Of a stretch of 64,000 nucleotides of DNA, positions 1 through 10,660 are shown piece after piece. This DNA is from Clostridia bacterium. GTDB lineage: Bacteria; Bacillota; Clostridia; Oscillospirales; CAG-272. The notes beneath the pieces are model-generated. The model did not search any database. It was not told the origin of the DNA and saw only the letters and a program-made list of their open reading frames with translations. A program made the position numbers and the translations under genes. Positions within the stretch are counted from its first letter, which is position 1. Every line of letters begins with the position of its first letter. The DNA lies in assembly GCA_017624905.1 (NCBI GenBank), contig JAGAMD010000024.1, positions 13,083-77,082 on the forward strand, written 5' to 3'.

Positions 1-167
1 AACACATAAATTTGCAATTGTAAATAAATTTTTAACAAAAAGTCGTTAATTTTTTAAACTTTTTTCACAACTTATTATTATTTTACAGTACTAATGTGAA
101 AACTATGTGAACATATAGTGTAATAATAATAAAAATATACACTTTTATAAAAATTTTACACATATAC

Positions 168-196
168 TTGCACGAAATAAAAAAATAATGTATAAT
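168..196 (+). promoter_or_regulatory. sigmaA-type promoter of ychF operon
   Basis: TTGCAC-N17-TATAAT upstream of RBS (GAGG) and ATG 238. Confidence 0.65.
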
Positions 197-237
197 TACA
201 ATGATAAATAATATTATAGACAATTAAGAGGTAAAAA

Positions 238-1329
238 ATGAAACTAGGTATCGTAGGACTACCAAATGTAGGTAAAAGTACATTATTTAACGCGCTGACA
301 AATGCAGGAGCACAAAGTGCAAACTATCCGTTTTGCACAATTGAGCCAAACGTTGGTGTTGTTGCAGTTCCGGACTCACGTCTTGATGTGCTTGCAAAAA
401 TGTATAATCCGGAGCTATACACTCCGGCTGTAATTGAGTTTGTAGATATCGCAGGTCTTGTTAAGGGTGCGAGTAAGGGAGAGGGACTAGGAAACAAGTT
501 CCTATCTCACATAAGAGAGGTTGACGCAATTGTACATGTTGTACGTTGCTTTGAAAATACAGACATTATCCATGTTGATGGAAACATCAATCCGCTTCGT
601 GACCTTGAAACAATCAACCTAGAGCTTATATTTTCCGATATGGAAATTCTTGAAAGAAGAATTGACAACGTAAAGAAGGCTATGAAGGGCGATAAAACTC
701 TTGCTCCAAAGGTAGCACTATATGAAAAGGTTATGAAGGTGCTTGAGGAAGGCAAGAGTGCAAGAAGCCTTGATTATGATGAGGAAGAACAAGCGTGGAT
801 TAGCGAGGTAGCTCTTTTATCAATTAAGCCTGTAATATATGCAGCTAATATTAGCGAATCAGACATAGGTAACCTAGATAGCAATCAATTCTATCAAAGT
901 GTACTAGAGTTTGCAAAGAGTGAAAAGAGCGAGGTTATCCCTGTTTGTGCAGAAATCGAGGCTGAAATTGCCGAGCTTGAAGACGAGGAGAAGGAAATGT
1001 TTCTTTCTGACCTTGGTATTGCTGAAAGTGGTCTTGATCGTCTTATCAAAGCAAGCTATTCACTACTTGGACTTATAAGCTATCTAACAGCAGGACCAAA
1101 GGAGGTTCGTGCTTGGACTATCACAAAGGGAACAAAGGCACCGGGTGCTGCCGGCAAAATTCACTCTGATTTTGAAAGAGGATTTATTCGTGCAGAGATA
1201 GTTTCTTTTGATGATTTAGTTGCCTGTGGTTCAATGAACGTAGCTAAGGAAAAGGGACTTGTTCGTTCCGAGGGCAAGGAATATGTAATTAATGACGGAG
1301 ATATTGTTCTGTTTAGATTTAACGTATAA
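238..1329 (+). CDS. ychF: Redox-regulated ATPase YchF (Obg family)
   Basis: GIVGLPNVGKST P-loop, NYPFCTIEPN, DIAGLVKGAS-GEGLGNKFL, TGS C-terminus ending FRFNV. Confidence 0.97.
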   Translation: MKLGIVGLPNVGKSTLFNALTNAGAQSANYPFCTIEPNVGVVAVPDSRLDVLAKMYNPELYTPAVIEFVDIAGLVKGASKGEGLGNKFLSHIREVDAIVHVVRCFENTDIIHVDGNINPLRDLETINLELIFSDMEILERRIDNVKKAMKGDKTLAPKVALYEKVMKVLEEGKSARSLDYDEEEQAWISEVALLSIKPVIYAANISESDIGNLDSNQFYQSVLEFAKSEKSEVIPVCAEIEAEIAELEDEEKEMFLSDLGIAESGLDRLIKASYSLLGLISYLTAGPKEVRAWTITKGTKAPGAAGKIHSDFERGFIRAEIVSFDDLVACGSMNVAKEKGLVRSEGKEYVINDGDIVLFRFNV

Positions 1330-1362
1330 TAAAAACCTTTAATACTAAGGGAGGAGGGCAAA

Positions 1363-3015
1363 ATGAAAAGATATTTAAAGAGTATCCATACAAGATACAT
1401 GCTAACCTTTATGGCTATTATGATACTCACTATTTTGATTTTAGGTATTATAATTGCAAGTATCGTTTCAAATTTCTCCCTTGATATGAAGCTGAAAGAG
1501 GTTTATTCTGCCCATTCTAAGGCAAGCTATTACTTTAAGCCGGACGAAAAAAATGGTAAGCTTCCGCAAATTTCAGATCCGCAAACAGGTGGACTTGATA
1601 GTGAGCTTGATGAAATCCTTGACACAATTTTGCTAGTATCTCCACAGTCAGGTATACTTGTTTTTGACGATAAGGGTGATTTGCTTTTATATGCCGCCAA
1701 GGATGGAGAAAACAACGTAATTTCTCAAAAATATGAAGAGGGAAAAATCCCTAATTTAATTCAAAAACAGACACTTCCTAAGGGATTTTTGCAGGATTTG
1801 ATGAGTGAAGGTGGTGTAATATCAGGTAATACCACACTTGATGGATATTTTAGGAATGAGGTGTATGTTTATGCATCTGCCATTACAACCAAGGTAGAGG
1901 TTGAAAATGATACTGATGCCGACGGAAGCACTAACACCTCTACATCAACAGGAAGCACCGATACAGATATAGTTGAAAATGAAACCGAAAATGAAGATGA
2001 AGGTGCTTGGGAGGATGTATTGCTTGGTGCTATAGTTTGCTATGATCCGGGAGAGACCGAAGAGGACAAAATGATGGAGAGAATGATGGTAGCTATCATT
2101 TCAACTCTAATTTGGATTACAATAGCCTCACTTGTGGCTATTTATGGAGTAAGCTATTATACAATGAGACCTCTTCGTGAAATCGGCCGTGCAGCAAAGA
2201 GCTTTTCACGCGGTAAATTTAATGTAAGAGTAAAGGTGAGAGGCAACGATGAGTTAGCTGAGCTTGCGGACTCCTTTAATAAAATGGCAATTGCTATTGA
2301 ATCGAAGGATGAAATGCAAAAGAACTTCCTTTCTAATGTTTCTCACGATCTTAAAACTCCTATGACAACCATAGCAGGATTTGTTGACGGTATTCTTGAT
2401 GGAGCAATCCCGAAAGATAAGCAGGATTATTATCTCAACATAATTAAAAACGAGGTTAAAAGACTCAGCCGTTTGGTAACCTCACTTCTTGACATTTCTC
2501 GTTTGCAGTCAGGTGAGAGAAAGTTTGAGTTTAAGCAGTTTAACATTTGTGAGCTAACTCGCCAAACAGTTCTTTCGTTTGAAAATCAGCTTGAGGAAAA
2601 GAAGCTTGATGTTGAGTTTGACGTTGATGATTTTGATATGATGGCATATGGCGATAAGGATGCTATCAATCAGGTTATTTACAATCTTTGTCACAATGCT
2701 ATTAAATTCTCATATGATGGTGCAAAATATAAGGTTAGCCTAAAATATGAGGACGAAAAAACAATAAGATTTACAATGTTCAATGAGGGTATCGGCATAA
2801 CAAACGATGACTTGCCATTTGTTTTTGACCGATTCTATAAGAGCGACAAGAGTAGAGGACTTGATAAGAGTGGAACAGGTCTTGGATTGTTCATTTCAAA
2901 GACAATCATTGATGCACACTCACAAAGCATCATTGCAAAGAGCGAATATGAAAAATGGTGTGAAATGTCATTTACGATCGCAAGAAACAGCCCATCAAAA
3001 GGAGAGGAACAATGA
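1363..3015 (+). CDS. HAMP-domain sensor histidine kinase (no adjacent response regulator)
   Basis: Two TM segments, HAMP, H-box SHDLKTPMT, N-box NLCHNAIKF, F/G2 boxes FDRFYK...GTGLGL. Confidence 0.92.
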   Translation: MKRYLKSIHTRYMLTFMAIMILTILILGIIIASIVSNFSLDMKLKEVYSAHSKASYYFKPDEKNGKLPQISDPQTGGLDSELDEILDTILLVSPQSGILVFDDKGDLLLYAAKDGENNVISQKYEEGKIPNLIQKQTLPKGFLQDLMSEGGVISGNTTLDGYFRNEVYVYASAITTKVEVENDTDADGSTNTSTSTGSTDTDIVENETENEDEGAWEDVLLGAIVCYDPGETEEDKMMERMMVAIISTLIWITIASLVAIYGVSYYTMRPLREIGRAAKSFSRGKFNVRVKVRGNDELAELADSFNKMAIAIESKDEMQKNFLSNVSHDLKTPMTTIAGFVDGILDGAIPKDKQDYYLNIIKNEVKRLSRLVTSLLDISRLQSGERKFEFKQFNICELTRQTVLSFENQLEEKKLDVEFDVDDFDMMAYGDKDAINQVIYNLCHNAIKFSYDGAKYKVSLKYEDEKTIRFTMFNEGIGITNDDLPFVFDRFYKSDKSRGLDKSGTGLGLFISKTIIDAHSQSIIAKSEYEKWCEMSFTIARNSPSKGEEQ

Positions 3016-4133
3016 CACTAGAGTATGTTGCAACCTGTCTTTTTGGGCTTGAAGGACTCCTCGGCGAGGAGATTGAAAAGCTTGGCTACAAGCGTACAGA
3101 AACTATGGATGGTAGAATTAGCTTTTTAGGTGATGAAAATGCCTTAGCTAGAGCTAGTGTCAACCTACGCTTTGCTGAAAGAATTTATATCAAAATCGGT
3201 GAGTTTTATGCTACTACCTTTGATGAACTGTTTGAGGGCACAAAAAAGCTCCCTTGGAGCGATTGGATAGGAAAGAGTGATGCTTTTCCCGTTAGAGGGC
3301 ATTCGATAAAGAGTACACTGTTTTCAATTCCGGATTGCCAAAAAATCATAAAAAAGGCAATAGTATCAAATTTGTCAAATAAGTACGGCGTTTCTTGGCT
3401 TGAGGAAACAGGCATAAAATACCAAATCGACTTTTTTATATTCAAAAATAGATGTACTTTAATGATAGATACCTCCGGTACGCCTCTTCATAAAAGAGGC
3501 TATCGACCAAGGTCGAATGAAGCACCAATAAGGGAAACACTTGCTTGTGCTATGGCAAAGCTGTCAAGACCACGCGAGGATGTTCTGTTTTGGGATCCGT
3601 TCTGTGGCTCCGGCACAATAGCTATTGAGGCTACAATGCTTATGCTTAATATAGCACCGGGTATAAATCGTCATTTTTCTTTTGAGGAATTTCCACAGCT
3701 AAACAAGCAAATATTGTTAGATGCAAGGGATGAGGCAAGAGCAAGTATTGTTACTGACAGCTCATTTGAAGCATATGCCTCTGATATTGATCCTGAGTGC
3801 GTTGAAATCGCTACTGAAAATGCTCGTAATGCAGGTGTTTCGAAAAATATTAAAATATTCCAAAGAGATGCCTTGACAATTACAACAGAAGGTCGTCGTG
3901 GTACGATAGTTTGTAATCCACCATATGGCGAAAGGCTATTTTCTATGAAGCAAACAGAGGAGCTATATAGAAAAATGGGTAAGCATTTTGCCACTCTTGA
4001 CAAATGGCAACAATATGTAATGACAAGTCATGAGAATTTTCAAAATTTGTTTGGCAGACGTGCAGACAAGGTAAGAAAGCTTTATAACGGAATGATACCT
4101 TGCTATTTCTATCAATTCTTTAAAAATAAATGA
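3012..4133 (+). CDS. THUMP-domain rRNA methyltransferase (YpsC/RlmL N-terminal type)
   Basis: LHKRGYR, APIRETLA, DPFCGSGT, NPPYGER motifs. Confidence 0.9.
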   Translation: MTLEYVATCLFGLEGLLGEEIEKLGYKRTETMDGRISFLGDENALARASVNLRFAERIYIKIGEFYATTFDELFEGTKKLPWSDWIGKSDAFPVRGHSIKSTLFSIPDCQKIIKKAIVSNLSNKYGVSWLEETGIKYQIDFFIFKNRCTLMIDTSGTPLHKRGYRPRSNEAPIRETLACAMAKLSRPREDVLFWDPFCGSGTIAIEATMLMLNIAPGINRHFSFEEFPQLNKQILLDARDEARASIVTDSSFEAYASDIDPECVEIATENARNAGVSKNIKIFQRDALTITTEGRRGTIVCNPPYGERLFSMKQTEELYRKMGKHFATLDKWQQYVMTSHENFQNLFGRRADKVRKLYNGMIPCYFYQFFKNK

Positions 4134-4143
4134 TTAAAAAAAC

Positions 4144-4187
4144 AACCTTCGTAAATACTAGTAAAAAAGTATCTACGGAGGTTTTTT
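4144..4187 (+). terminator. Hairpin/terminator overlapping the RBS of the GerA-family gene
   Basis: Arms 4144-4159 (AACCTTCGTAAATACT) and 4168-4183 (AGTATCTACGGAGGTT) followed by a T-run. Confidence 0.55.
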
Positions 4188-5624
4188 ATGTCAAGCGAGA
4201 AAAAAGAAGCTCAACCGTTTTCCTTTGATTTAGACGAAAATGTACGTACAATTGACAATATACTAAACGTCAATGAAAACTTTGATATCATAAAAAGAGA
4301 AATGGTGATAAATGAGAAAAAAGTAGTTATGTACTATATTGACGGCTTTGTTACCTCGGCTATTATGCAAAAGCTTATGATGCATCTAACAACCGTTAAG
4401 GATTTTGGCAACGGCAAGGAAGGGGCAGTTATAGAATTTGCTCAAAAAAGCGTACCAAGTGTCGAGATTGATCCTGTTTTTGACATTGATACGCTTATTA
4501 CAATGGTGCTCTCGGGATGCTCAGCAATTTTAGCTGAGGGCTTTGGAAATGGTGCAATAATAGTAGATGCCCGTTCATATCCTGCGAGAACAACCGAGGA
4601 GCCGGGTAACGACCGAGTAATGCGAGGGGCACGAGATGGATTTGTTGAAACGCTTATTTTCAATACAGCGATGATTAGACGAAGAATAAGAGATCCTAAG
4701 CTAACAGTTAAATACCTTTGCGTTGGAGAAAGCTCAAAAACTGACATTTCAGTGGTGTATTTAAACGGAAAAGCCGACCCTGTGTATGTAAATAGTGTGA
4801 TAAACAAGATTAAAAGCATCAAAACAGATGCACTTCCGATGGGACATCAAAGCCTTATAGAATGTCTTATAAAAAAACATTCGTTTAATCCTTTTCCAAG
4901 AGTTAGATGTACGGAGCGACCGGATTGTGCTTGTGCATCGATTTTAGAGGGTAGTGTAATTGTACTTTGCGATACCTCACCGGAAGCAATAATTTTGCCA
5001 ACCTCGATTTTTGACTTTTTACAAGATACAGACGATTACTATTTTACACCAATAACAGGCACATATTTAAGGCTTGTTCGTCAGTTAGTCTTTTGGAGTG
5101 CTGTCGTTTTAACACCTATATGGTATTATCTTGCAACTAATCCCAATATCGTTCCCGAATGGCTCTATTTTATAGTGCCGGAGGACTCGGGAGCTGTGCC
5201 GATACTTGTTCAACTTTTACTTGTAGAATTTGTAGTTGATGGATTAAAGCTGGCATCGCTTAATACACCAAGCGTTATGTCAAACTCCTTTGGCGTTATC
5301 GGCGGACTTTTACTAGGAGATTTTGCCGTACAGGTCGGTTGGCTAAGCGCTGATGTGATTTTCTATATGGCAATCGTTTCAATGGCAAGCTTCACACAAT
5401 CAAATTATGAGCTTGGATATGCACTGAAATTCGTAAGAATTATAACTCTGATTTTAGTTGCCTTGCTTGGTGGCTGGGGACTCCTTATAGGTGCCTTAAT
5501 CGGCATAGCTTTGGTTCTTACAACCAAGACCATAAACGGAAAACGCTCGTACCTGTATCCGTTATTCCCATTTAATCCAACCGCAATGTCTCGCCTTGTT
5601 TTTCGTCGACAAAAGCATAACTAA
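4188..5624 (+). CDS. Spore germination protein, GerA/SpoVAF family
   Basis: RSYPAR..EP..DRVMRGARDGFVETL..NTAMIRRRIRD, ERPD, hydrophobic C-terminal half. Confidence 0.88.
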   Translation: MSSEKKEAQPFSFDLDENVRTIDNILNVNENFDIIKREMVINEKKVVMYYIDGFVTSAIMQKLMMHLTTVKDFGNGKEGAVIEFAQKSVPSVEIDPVFDIDTLITMVLSGCSAILAEGFGNGAIIVDARSYPARTTEEPGNDRVMRGARDGFVETLIFNTAMIRRRIRDPKLTVKYLCVGESSKTDISVVYLNGKADPVYVNSVINKIKSIKTDALPMGHQSLIECLIKKHSFNPFPRVRCTERPDCACASILEGSVIVLCDTSPEAIILPTSIFDFLQDTDDYYFTPITGTYLRLVRQLVFWSAVVLTPIWYYLATNPNIVPEWLYFIVPEDSGAVPILVQLLLVEFVVDGLKLASLNTPSVMSNSFGVIGGLLLGDFAVQVGWLSADVIFYMAIVSMASFTQSNYELGYALKFVRIITLILVALLGGWGLLIGALIGIALVLTTKTINGKRSYLYPLFPFNPTAMSRLVFRRQKHN

Positions 5625-5626
5625 AC

Positions 5627-5655
5627 AAAAAAGCTACGGTTTTCCGTAGCTTTTT
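5627..5655. terminator. Bidirectional intrinsic terminator
   Basis: A6-GCTACGG-TTTT-CCGTAGC-T5 between convergent genes. Confidence 0.85.
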
Positions 5656-5665
5656 CTATATGAAT

Positions 5666-6718
5666 TTATCCCTCAATTTTCATTTGAGTAGCGCCACCGA
5701 TACCGAATGGTATGCCGAGGTGGTCGTAGGCAAGACGAGTTACGCATCTACCCTTAGGGGTACGGCTTAAAAAGCCGATTTGCATAAGATAAGGCTCGTA
5801 AACGTCCTCAATAGTGATTGCTTCCTCGCCGATTGTAGCAGCTAGGGTTTCAAGTCCAACAGGACCACCACCATAAAACTTAATAATTGTTTCAAGTAGC
5901 TTTCTGTCGATGTTATCAAGACCAAGGTCGTCAATCTCAAGAGCCTTGAGCGCCATTTTTGCAATTTCAAGTGTAATTTTGCCATCGCCCTTTACCTGTG
6001 CATAGTCACGCACACGCTTTAGTAGACGGTTGGCAATACGAGGTGTACCACGAGAGCGAGAGGCTATTTCAAGTGCCCCTGTGTCGTCAATTTCGACCTC
6101 AAGCAGAGAAGCACTACGCTTGATAATAGTAGCAAGCTCCTCAGCATTATAAAGCTCTAAGCGGAGCAGTACGCCAAATCTATCACGTAAAGGAGTAGTT
6201 AATTGTCCTGCACGTGTTGTAGCACCAACTAGTGTAAATTTAGGTAGTGGCACACGGATGCTCCTTGCTGCCGGACCCTTACCGATAATAATATCAAGGA
6301 CATAGTCCTCCATAGCAGGATACAAAATTTCTTCAATGGAGCGTGAAAGACGGTGAATTTCATCAATAAATAAAACATCGCCGGGTGCTAAATTTGTAAG
6401 TATAGCAGCAAGATCACCTTGCTTTTCAATAGCGGGACCGGAGGTAACTCTAAAGTTTACTCCCATTTCATTAGCAATAATTCCGGAAAGTGTTGTCTTA
6501 CCAAGACCGGGAGGGCCGTAGAGTAAAACATGGTCAAGTGCATCGCCTCTGCCTTTTGCAGCGTCAATATACACCTTTAGCATATCCTTAACCTTTTCTT
6601 GACCTATATAGTCCTCGAAGGCTTTAGGACGAAGGCTAACCTCAACCTCGGTATCTTCGCCTGTCATTTCAGTTGAAACTATTCGGTTTTCAAAGTCAAA
6701 TTCTGTTTCTTCAATCAT
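5666..6718 (-). CDS. ruvB: Holliday junction branch migration helicase RuvB
   Basis: [48 protein letters not shown]. Confidence 0.97.
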   Translation of the reverse strand: MIEETEFDFENRIVSTEMTGEDTEVEVSLRPKAFEDYIGQEKVKDMLKVYIDAAKGRGDALDHVLLYGPPGLGKTTLSGIIANEMGVNFRVTSGPAIEKQGDLAAILTNLAPGDVLFIDEIHRLSRSIEEILYPAMEDYVLDIIIGKGPAARSIRVPLPKFTLVGATTRAGQLTTPLRDRFGVLLRLELYNAEELATIIKRSASLLEVEIDDTGALEIASRSRGTPRIANRLLKRVRDYAQVKGDGKITLEIAKMALKALEIDDLGLDNIDRKLLETIIKFYGGGPVGLETLAATIGEEAITIEDVYEPYLMQIGFLSRTPKGRCVTRLAYDHLGIPFGIGGATQMKIEG

Positions 6719-6728
6719 AATTTCAACC

Positions 6729-7337
6729 TCACTTCATTAATTTAGCTAGTGCCAATGGGATAATTTTAGATACATCAAGCTTTGGATCAATTCCGCCAAG
6801 TGCCTTTTGAGCCTCGGCACGTGTGTAGCCAAGCACACAAAGAGCATCAAGTGCCTCAGATAGATTAGAGCTTTTGCCAACGTTAACGGTTGCCACAGCA
6901 ATAGCCTCATCACTAGAGGTGGTAAACGGCATTTTAATAATTTTGTCCTTAAGCTCTAAAACAACACGAGCAGCAGTCTTAGGACCAATGCCACTTGCCT
7001 TTGCAATAGCCCTTGTGTCCTCGCTGGAAATAGCCATGCTAAGTCTATCGGGTGTGAGCAATGAGAGAATAGCCATTGCAGCCTTAGGACCAACACCGGA
7101 AACAGTGATAAGTAGCTTAAATGCTTCAAGCTCATCATTCGTGTTAAATCCAAAAAGCTCAACACCATCCTCACTCACCTTTAAGTAGGTAAGTAGCTTA
7201 GCTTTTTGACCTACCTTGCCAACAACACTTGAATAGGTGTTGTCGCTTATAGTCAATTTGTAGCCAACCCCCATGCAGTCAATAACGCAAAAGCTGGGCT
7301 CACAATATTCTAGTGTACCATTTACGTGATAAATCAT
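6729..7337 (-). CDS. ruvA: Holliday junction binding protein RuvA
   Basis: GVGY, LFGF, VSGVGPK and [17 protein letters not shown] HhH motifs; adjacent to ruvB. Confidence 0.95.
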   Translation of the reverse strand: MIYHVNGTLEYCEPSFCVIDCMGVGYKLTISDNTYSSVVGKVGQKAKLLTYLKVSEDGVELFGFNTNDELEAFKLLITVSGVGPKAAMAILSLLTPDRLSMAISSEDTRAIAKASGIGPKTAARVVLELKDKIIKMPFTTSSDEAIAVATVNVGKSSNLSEALDALCVLGYTRAEAQKALGGIDPKLDVSKIIPLALAKLMK

Positions 7338-9775
7338 ATAAGTTCCTTCTTAATTAAATCGTTTTTCTTTGATTTCCTTTTAATTATAAATTCAACGGTG
7401 CATAGAGTAGCAAACGCAACAATACCAACTAAAGAAACACTAAAGCCAACATACCATTGCATAGGTACATATTTTAGTTCTACCGTGTGCTCACCCTCGC
7501 TAACATCAAACGCAAGCATCGAGTCAACACATTTAAATGTATCAACTCTTTCGCCATCTACATAAACCTGCCAAAATTGATCATACGGAATTGTAGTAAA
7601 TACAAATTGATTTTCTGAAACCTTAATACTGCCCTTTATAGATGTGTCGCTATGCTCATATACATTTAATTCTCCCTTGCGTAGCTCACTTGTGATATAA
7701 GAAAGAGATGTGTTATTAACACTTGAGCTAAGAGAACGATTAAGCATATTTTCAGCTAAAAGAATAGCAAAATCCTCACCTCTTAATGAGGAATCCTTAA
7801 GAGCACTATCAAGAGTAACATCCTTTAGTCTTACATTGACCGCGTAAGCGATGGAAAGAGCATAAGGATTTTCATATATTTTGTAGCCGTTTTCAAGCGT
7901 ATCAATTTCGTTATATGCCTTACTTTGATCAGGTGTTAGCTCGTAGTCCCCTCGAGCAAAAACATATTTGATTCCAAGTAATGAGTCGATAAGCTTTGAT
8001 TTGTATACATACAAGCTACTTTGGTTTCCTGCGTGATTGCCTAAGCAGTATAAGAAATCCTTAGATTTCAAATTATAGGTAGAAACGAACTCGGAAACTC
8101 CATTTACATTGAAAATTATAGGATCGTTCGTTTCATAGTGATCAAAGGATTCAACTCTATATAAGCCGTCGTCCTTACCCTCAAAGTAATTGTTGATTAT
8201 TTCGCCTTCTTCTTGAATCTTGTAGTATTGTGAACGGCTTGTCCAACCGGCATCAACAAACTGGTCCTTGTAGCATAGGCAGGTGCTAAGCACTGCCTCA
8301 ACACAAACAAAGGAGCAGAGAATAATTGAAATTAATCTTGTTTTAGATACCTTTTGCTTTAAGAAATAGAAAATTAAGAAATATCCAAGTAGCAAAATTA
8401 AAGTAATCCAAACGGTTTGAGTGCCGAGGTTTGTTTCGGTTTTTTCGCTATTAATAAACTGAATAGGATGTACAGTCATTTGTAAAATGAACAAAAGACC
8501 AACAATTACTGATATTGCAATAGCAAAATATTTGAATTTGAACTCGCCTATTTTTTCATATCCACGATATGCCATAATTAGCATAATAAATGTGAAAGTG
8601 AAGCTATATCTATAGCTTAACCATACAGGCTCACTAAAGCCGTGCCAAGCTATATCAAATGTGCTGATTGTAAGACTAGCAAGAAATACTGTGCAAAGCA
8701 CACCGTAGCCGATTTTCTCTCGTAGCTTTATTTTCTTTGAAATAAAGAAAACAGGCAACAAAATAACAAGAAGAGTACCGGCATAAAGGTGAGGCAAGCC
8801 ACCGTCACTAATAGGTCTGAATGTGCCAAATGTACCAATGAACATTTTAGCTAAAATTTCAAGGAAGCTTGCGTGAGTGGTTGGTATAAGCAAATCAGCA
8901 TCCATGCTTCCTGCCTTACCAAATCTTAGTGAATAAACAGCACTGAATAAGATTGCAGCGCAAATAAGAAGTGCAACACAAACATAAAGAACATATCTTA
9001 AAATGCTCTTTAAAATGTGTAGGCTTTCACCTCTTGGGTTCCTTATCTCCTTCGAGTGAGTGCAAAGGAAAAATACAAAATAAATAAAGGTAAATATGCA
9101 AAGCATATAACCAATATAATAGTTGCTCCAAATGGCAAGAGCTAAAGAAGCAATAAATAGCTTGAATTTGTTTTCTTTTATTAATGCTTCGATTCCCAGT
9201 GTGATAAGAGGCAAGTAAATAAGTGCGTCCATCCACATATAGTTAGATTGATACGCAATAGCATATGCACATAGTGCATACATAACAGAAAACATACTAA
9301 AGCCAATAGAGTTTACAGGTCTTGTTTTATATAAATAAATAGAGAAGGAAAGACCGGAAAAGCCTGTCTTTAATATTGTAATCAAGGTCATAGCCTCGAT
9401 TATCATATTCTTAGGGAAGAGTGCTACTATAAGTGTAAATGGAGATGCTAAATAATAGGTAAAGTAACCTAGAAATTCACCACCTAGAGCACGTTGAAAT
9501 GTGTAAAAAAAAGATTCATTGCCTAGTATAATATCTCTTAATTGCTCGTGAAAGCGAACATATTGTGCATTAGCATCGAGCACTAAAATACTAGTACCGT
9601 TTTTGGACGCCATTCCTACAATCACAAAGCAAATTGAAAGTAGTATAACAGGCACAAAAAATGCAAAAAGCATATACTTTTTGTTTAATAGCTCTTTTTT
9701 GATATGGTTATACAATCGCCCCATAAAAGAGGAAGAGCTATTGTCAGCCGATAAAACTAAATTATTTGTTTTCAT
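7334..9775 (-). CDS. YfhO-family multi-pass membrane protein (GT-C-like glycosyltransferase)
   Basis: YYLASPF, WMDALIYLPL, SNYYIGYM, WHGFSEP..YRYSF, C-terminal TTIPYD..W.VYVDG; start placed at ATG 9775 (ORF track: GTG 9784). Confidence 0.85.
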   Translation of the reverse strand: MKTNNLVLSADNSSSSFMGRLYNHIKKELLNKKYMLFAFFVPVILLSICFVIVGMASKNGTSILVLDANAQYVRFHEQLRDIILGNESFFYTFQRALGGEFLGYFTYYLASPFTLIVALFPKNMIIEAMTLITILKTGFSGLSFSIYLYKTRPVNSIGFSMFSVMYALCAYAIAYQSNYMWMDALIYLPLITLGIEALIKENKFKLFIASLALAIWSNYYIGYMLCIFTFIYFVFFLCTHSKEIRNPRGESLHILKSILRYVLYVCVALLICAAILFSAVYSLRFGKAGSMDADLLIPTTHASFLEILAKMFIGTFGTFRPISDGGLPHLYAGTLLVILLPVFFISKKIKLREKIGYGVLCTVFLASLTISTFDIAWHGFSEPVWLSYRYSFTFTFIMLIMAYRGYEKIGEFKFKYFAIAISVIVGLLFILQMTVHPIQFINSEKTETNLGTQTVWITLILLLGYFLIFYFLKQKVSKTRLISIILCSFVCVEAVLSTCLCYKDQFVDAGWTSRSQYYKIQEEGEIINNYFEGKDDGLYRVESFDHYETNDPIIFNVNGVSEFVSTYNLKSKDFLYCLGNHAGNQSSLYVYKSKLIDSLLGIKYVFARGDYELTPDQSKAYNEIDTLENGYKIYENPYALSIAYAVNVRLKDVTLDSALKDSSLRGEDFAILLAENMLNRSLSSSVNNTSLSYITSELRKGELNVYEHSDTSIKGSIKVSENQFVFTTIPYDQFWQVYVDGERVDTFKCVDSMLAFDVSEGEHTVELKYVPMQWYVGFSVSLVGIVAFATLCTVEFIIKRKSKKNDLIKKELI

Positions 9776-9971
9776 TTTCCTCACCTGAGTGGATTTTTTT
9801 AATCATTTTTTCGATCTTTAGTCGCTCAATAGTCAAGGCTCTGTTACATCCGGTACAAGCAATTTTTATATCGGAGCCAACACGCAAAACCTTGAAGGCT
9901 TTTGCACCACACGGATGTTGTTTTTTCATTTCTAAAATGTCGCCAACATTTATAATTGGAATAGCTCCCAT
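9762..9971 (-). CDS. DUF951-family small protein
   Basis: VGDILEMKKQHPCG...RVGSDIKIAC.GC. Confidence 0.85.
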   Translation of the reverse strand: MGAIPIINVGDILEMKKQHPCGAKAFKVLRVGSDIKIACTGCNRALTIERLKIEKMIKKIHSGEENENK

Positions 9972-10071
9972 CTTGTACCTCCCATTAACAGATTTAAATT
10001 ATATATATTTTATCATACATATAGAAAAAATTCAACATTAAATATTTTTATATTTAAAATAAATATATTAT

Positions 10072-10100
10072 TTGACATAAAGAAAAAAATGTGGTATAAT
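10072..10100 (+). promoter_or_regulatory. Consensus sigmaA promoter of ruvC-methyltransferase-ecf-truA operon
   Basis: TTGACA-N17-TATAAT with extended -10 TG. Confidence 0.8.
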
Positions 10101-10154
10101 ATTCTGCAAGTATTTTTGTGAACCTAATTGGTAAATTGATTTTTAGGAGGTAGT

Positions 10155-10652
10155 ATGGTTATTTTAGGTATAGACCCTGGCTTCGCAATAGTCGGCTGGG
10201 GAGTGCTTGAATGTGTTAAGGGCAAGTTCCGTGTTCTTGGCTATGGCTCTATCCAAACCAAAGCCGGTGAACCAATAGAAGACCGTCTATCTCAAATTTA
10301 CGATGGGATGAACACAATTATTGATAAATATAAGCCCGAAACAATGGCGATAGAGGAGCTATTTTGGAACACAAACCAAAAAACAGGTATATGTGTTGCC
10401 GAGGCAAGAGGGACAATTCTTTTAAGTGCACATCGTAAGGGACTTAAGATTTTTGAATATACACCACTACAAGTTAAGCAGTCTGTTGTTGGATATGGCA
10501 GAGCAGAGAAAAAGCAGGTTATAGCAATGGTAACTACCTTGCTTAATCTACCTAAGCCACCAAAGCCTGATGATACAGCAGATGCACTTGCTTTGGCAAT
10601 ATGTCACGGACACGTTGGCTCAAACGTTTTGGGCAAATACTATAAAATGTGA
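10155..10652 (+). CDS. ruvC: Holliday junction resolvase RuvC
   Basis: ILGIDPG, AIEELF, EYTPLQVKQSVVGYGRAEK, DDTADALALAICH. Confidence 0.96.
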   Translation: MVILGIDPGFAIVGWGVLECVKGKFRVLGYGSIQTKAGEPIEDRLSQIYDGMNTIIDKYKPETMAIEELFWNTNQKTGICVAEARGTILLSAHRKGLKIFEYTPLQVKQSVVGYGRAEKKQVIAMVTTLLNLPKPPKPDDTADALALAICHGHVGSNVLGKYYKM

Positions 10653-10660
10653 GGCGGAAA

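Noticed and set aside
61-113. TGTGAA/TTCACA repeats (also 41924-41981) as Rex or cre sites
   Set aside because: Orientation and spacing do not fit either palindrome; AT-rich context makes chance likely
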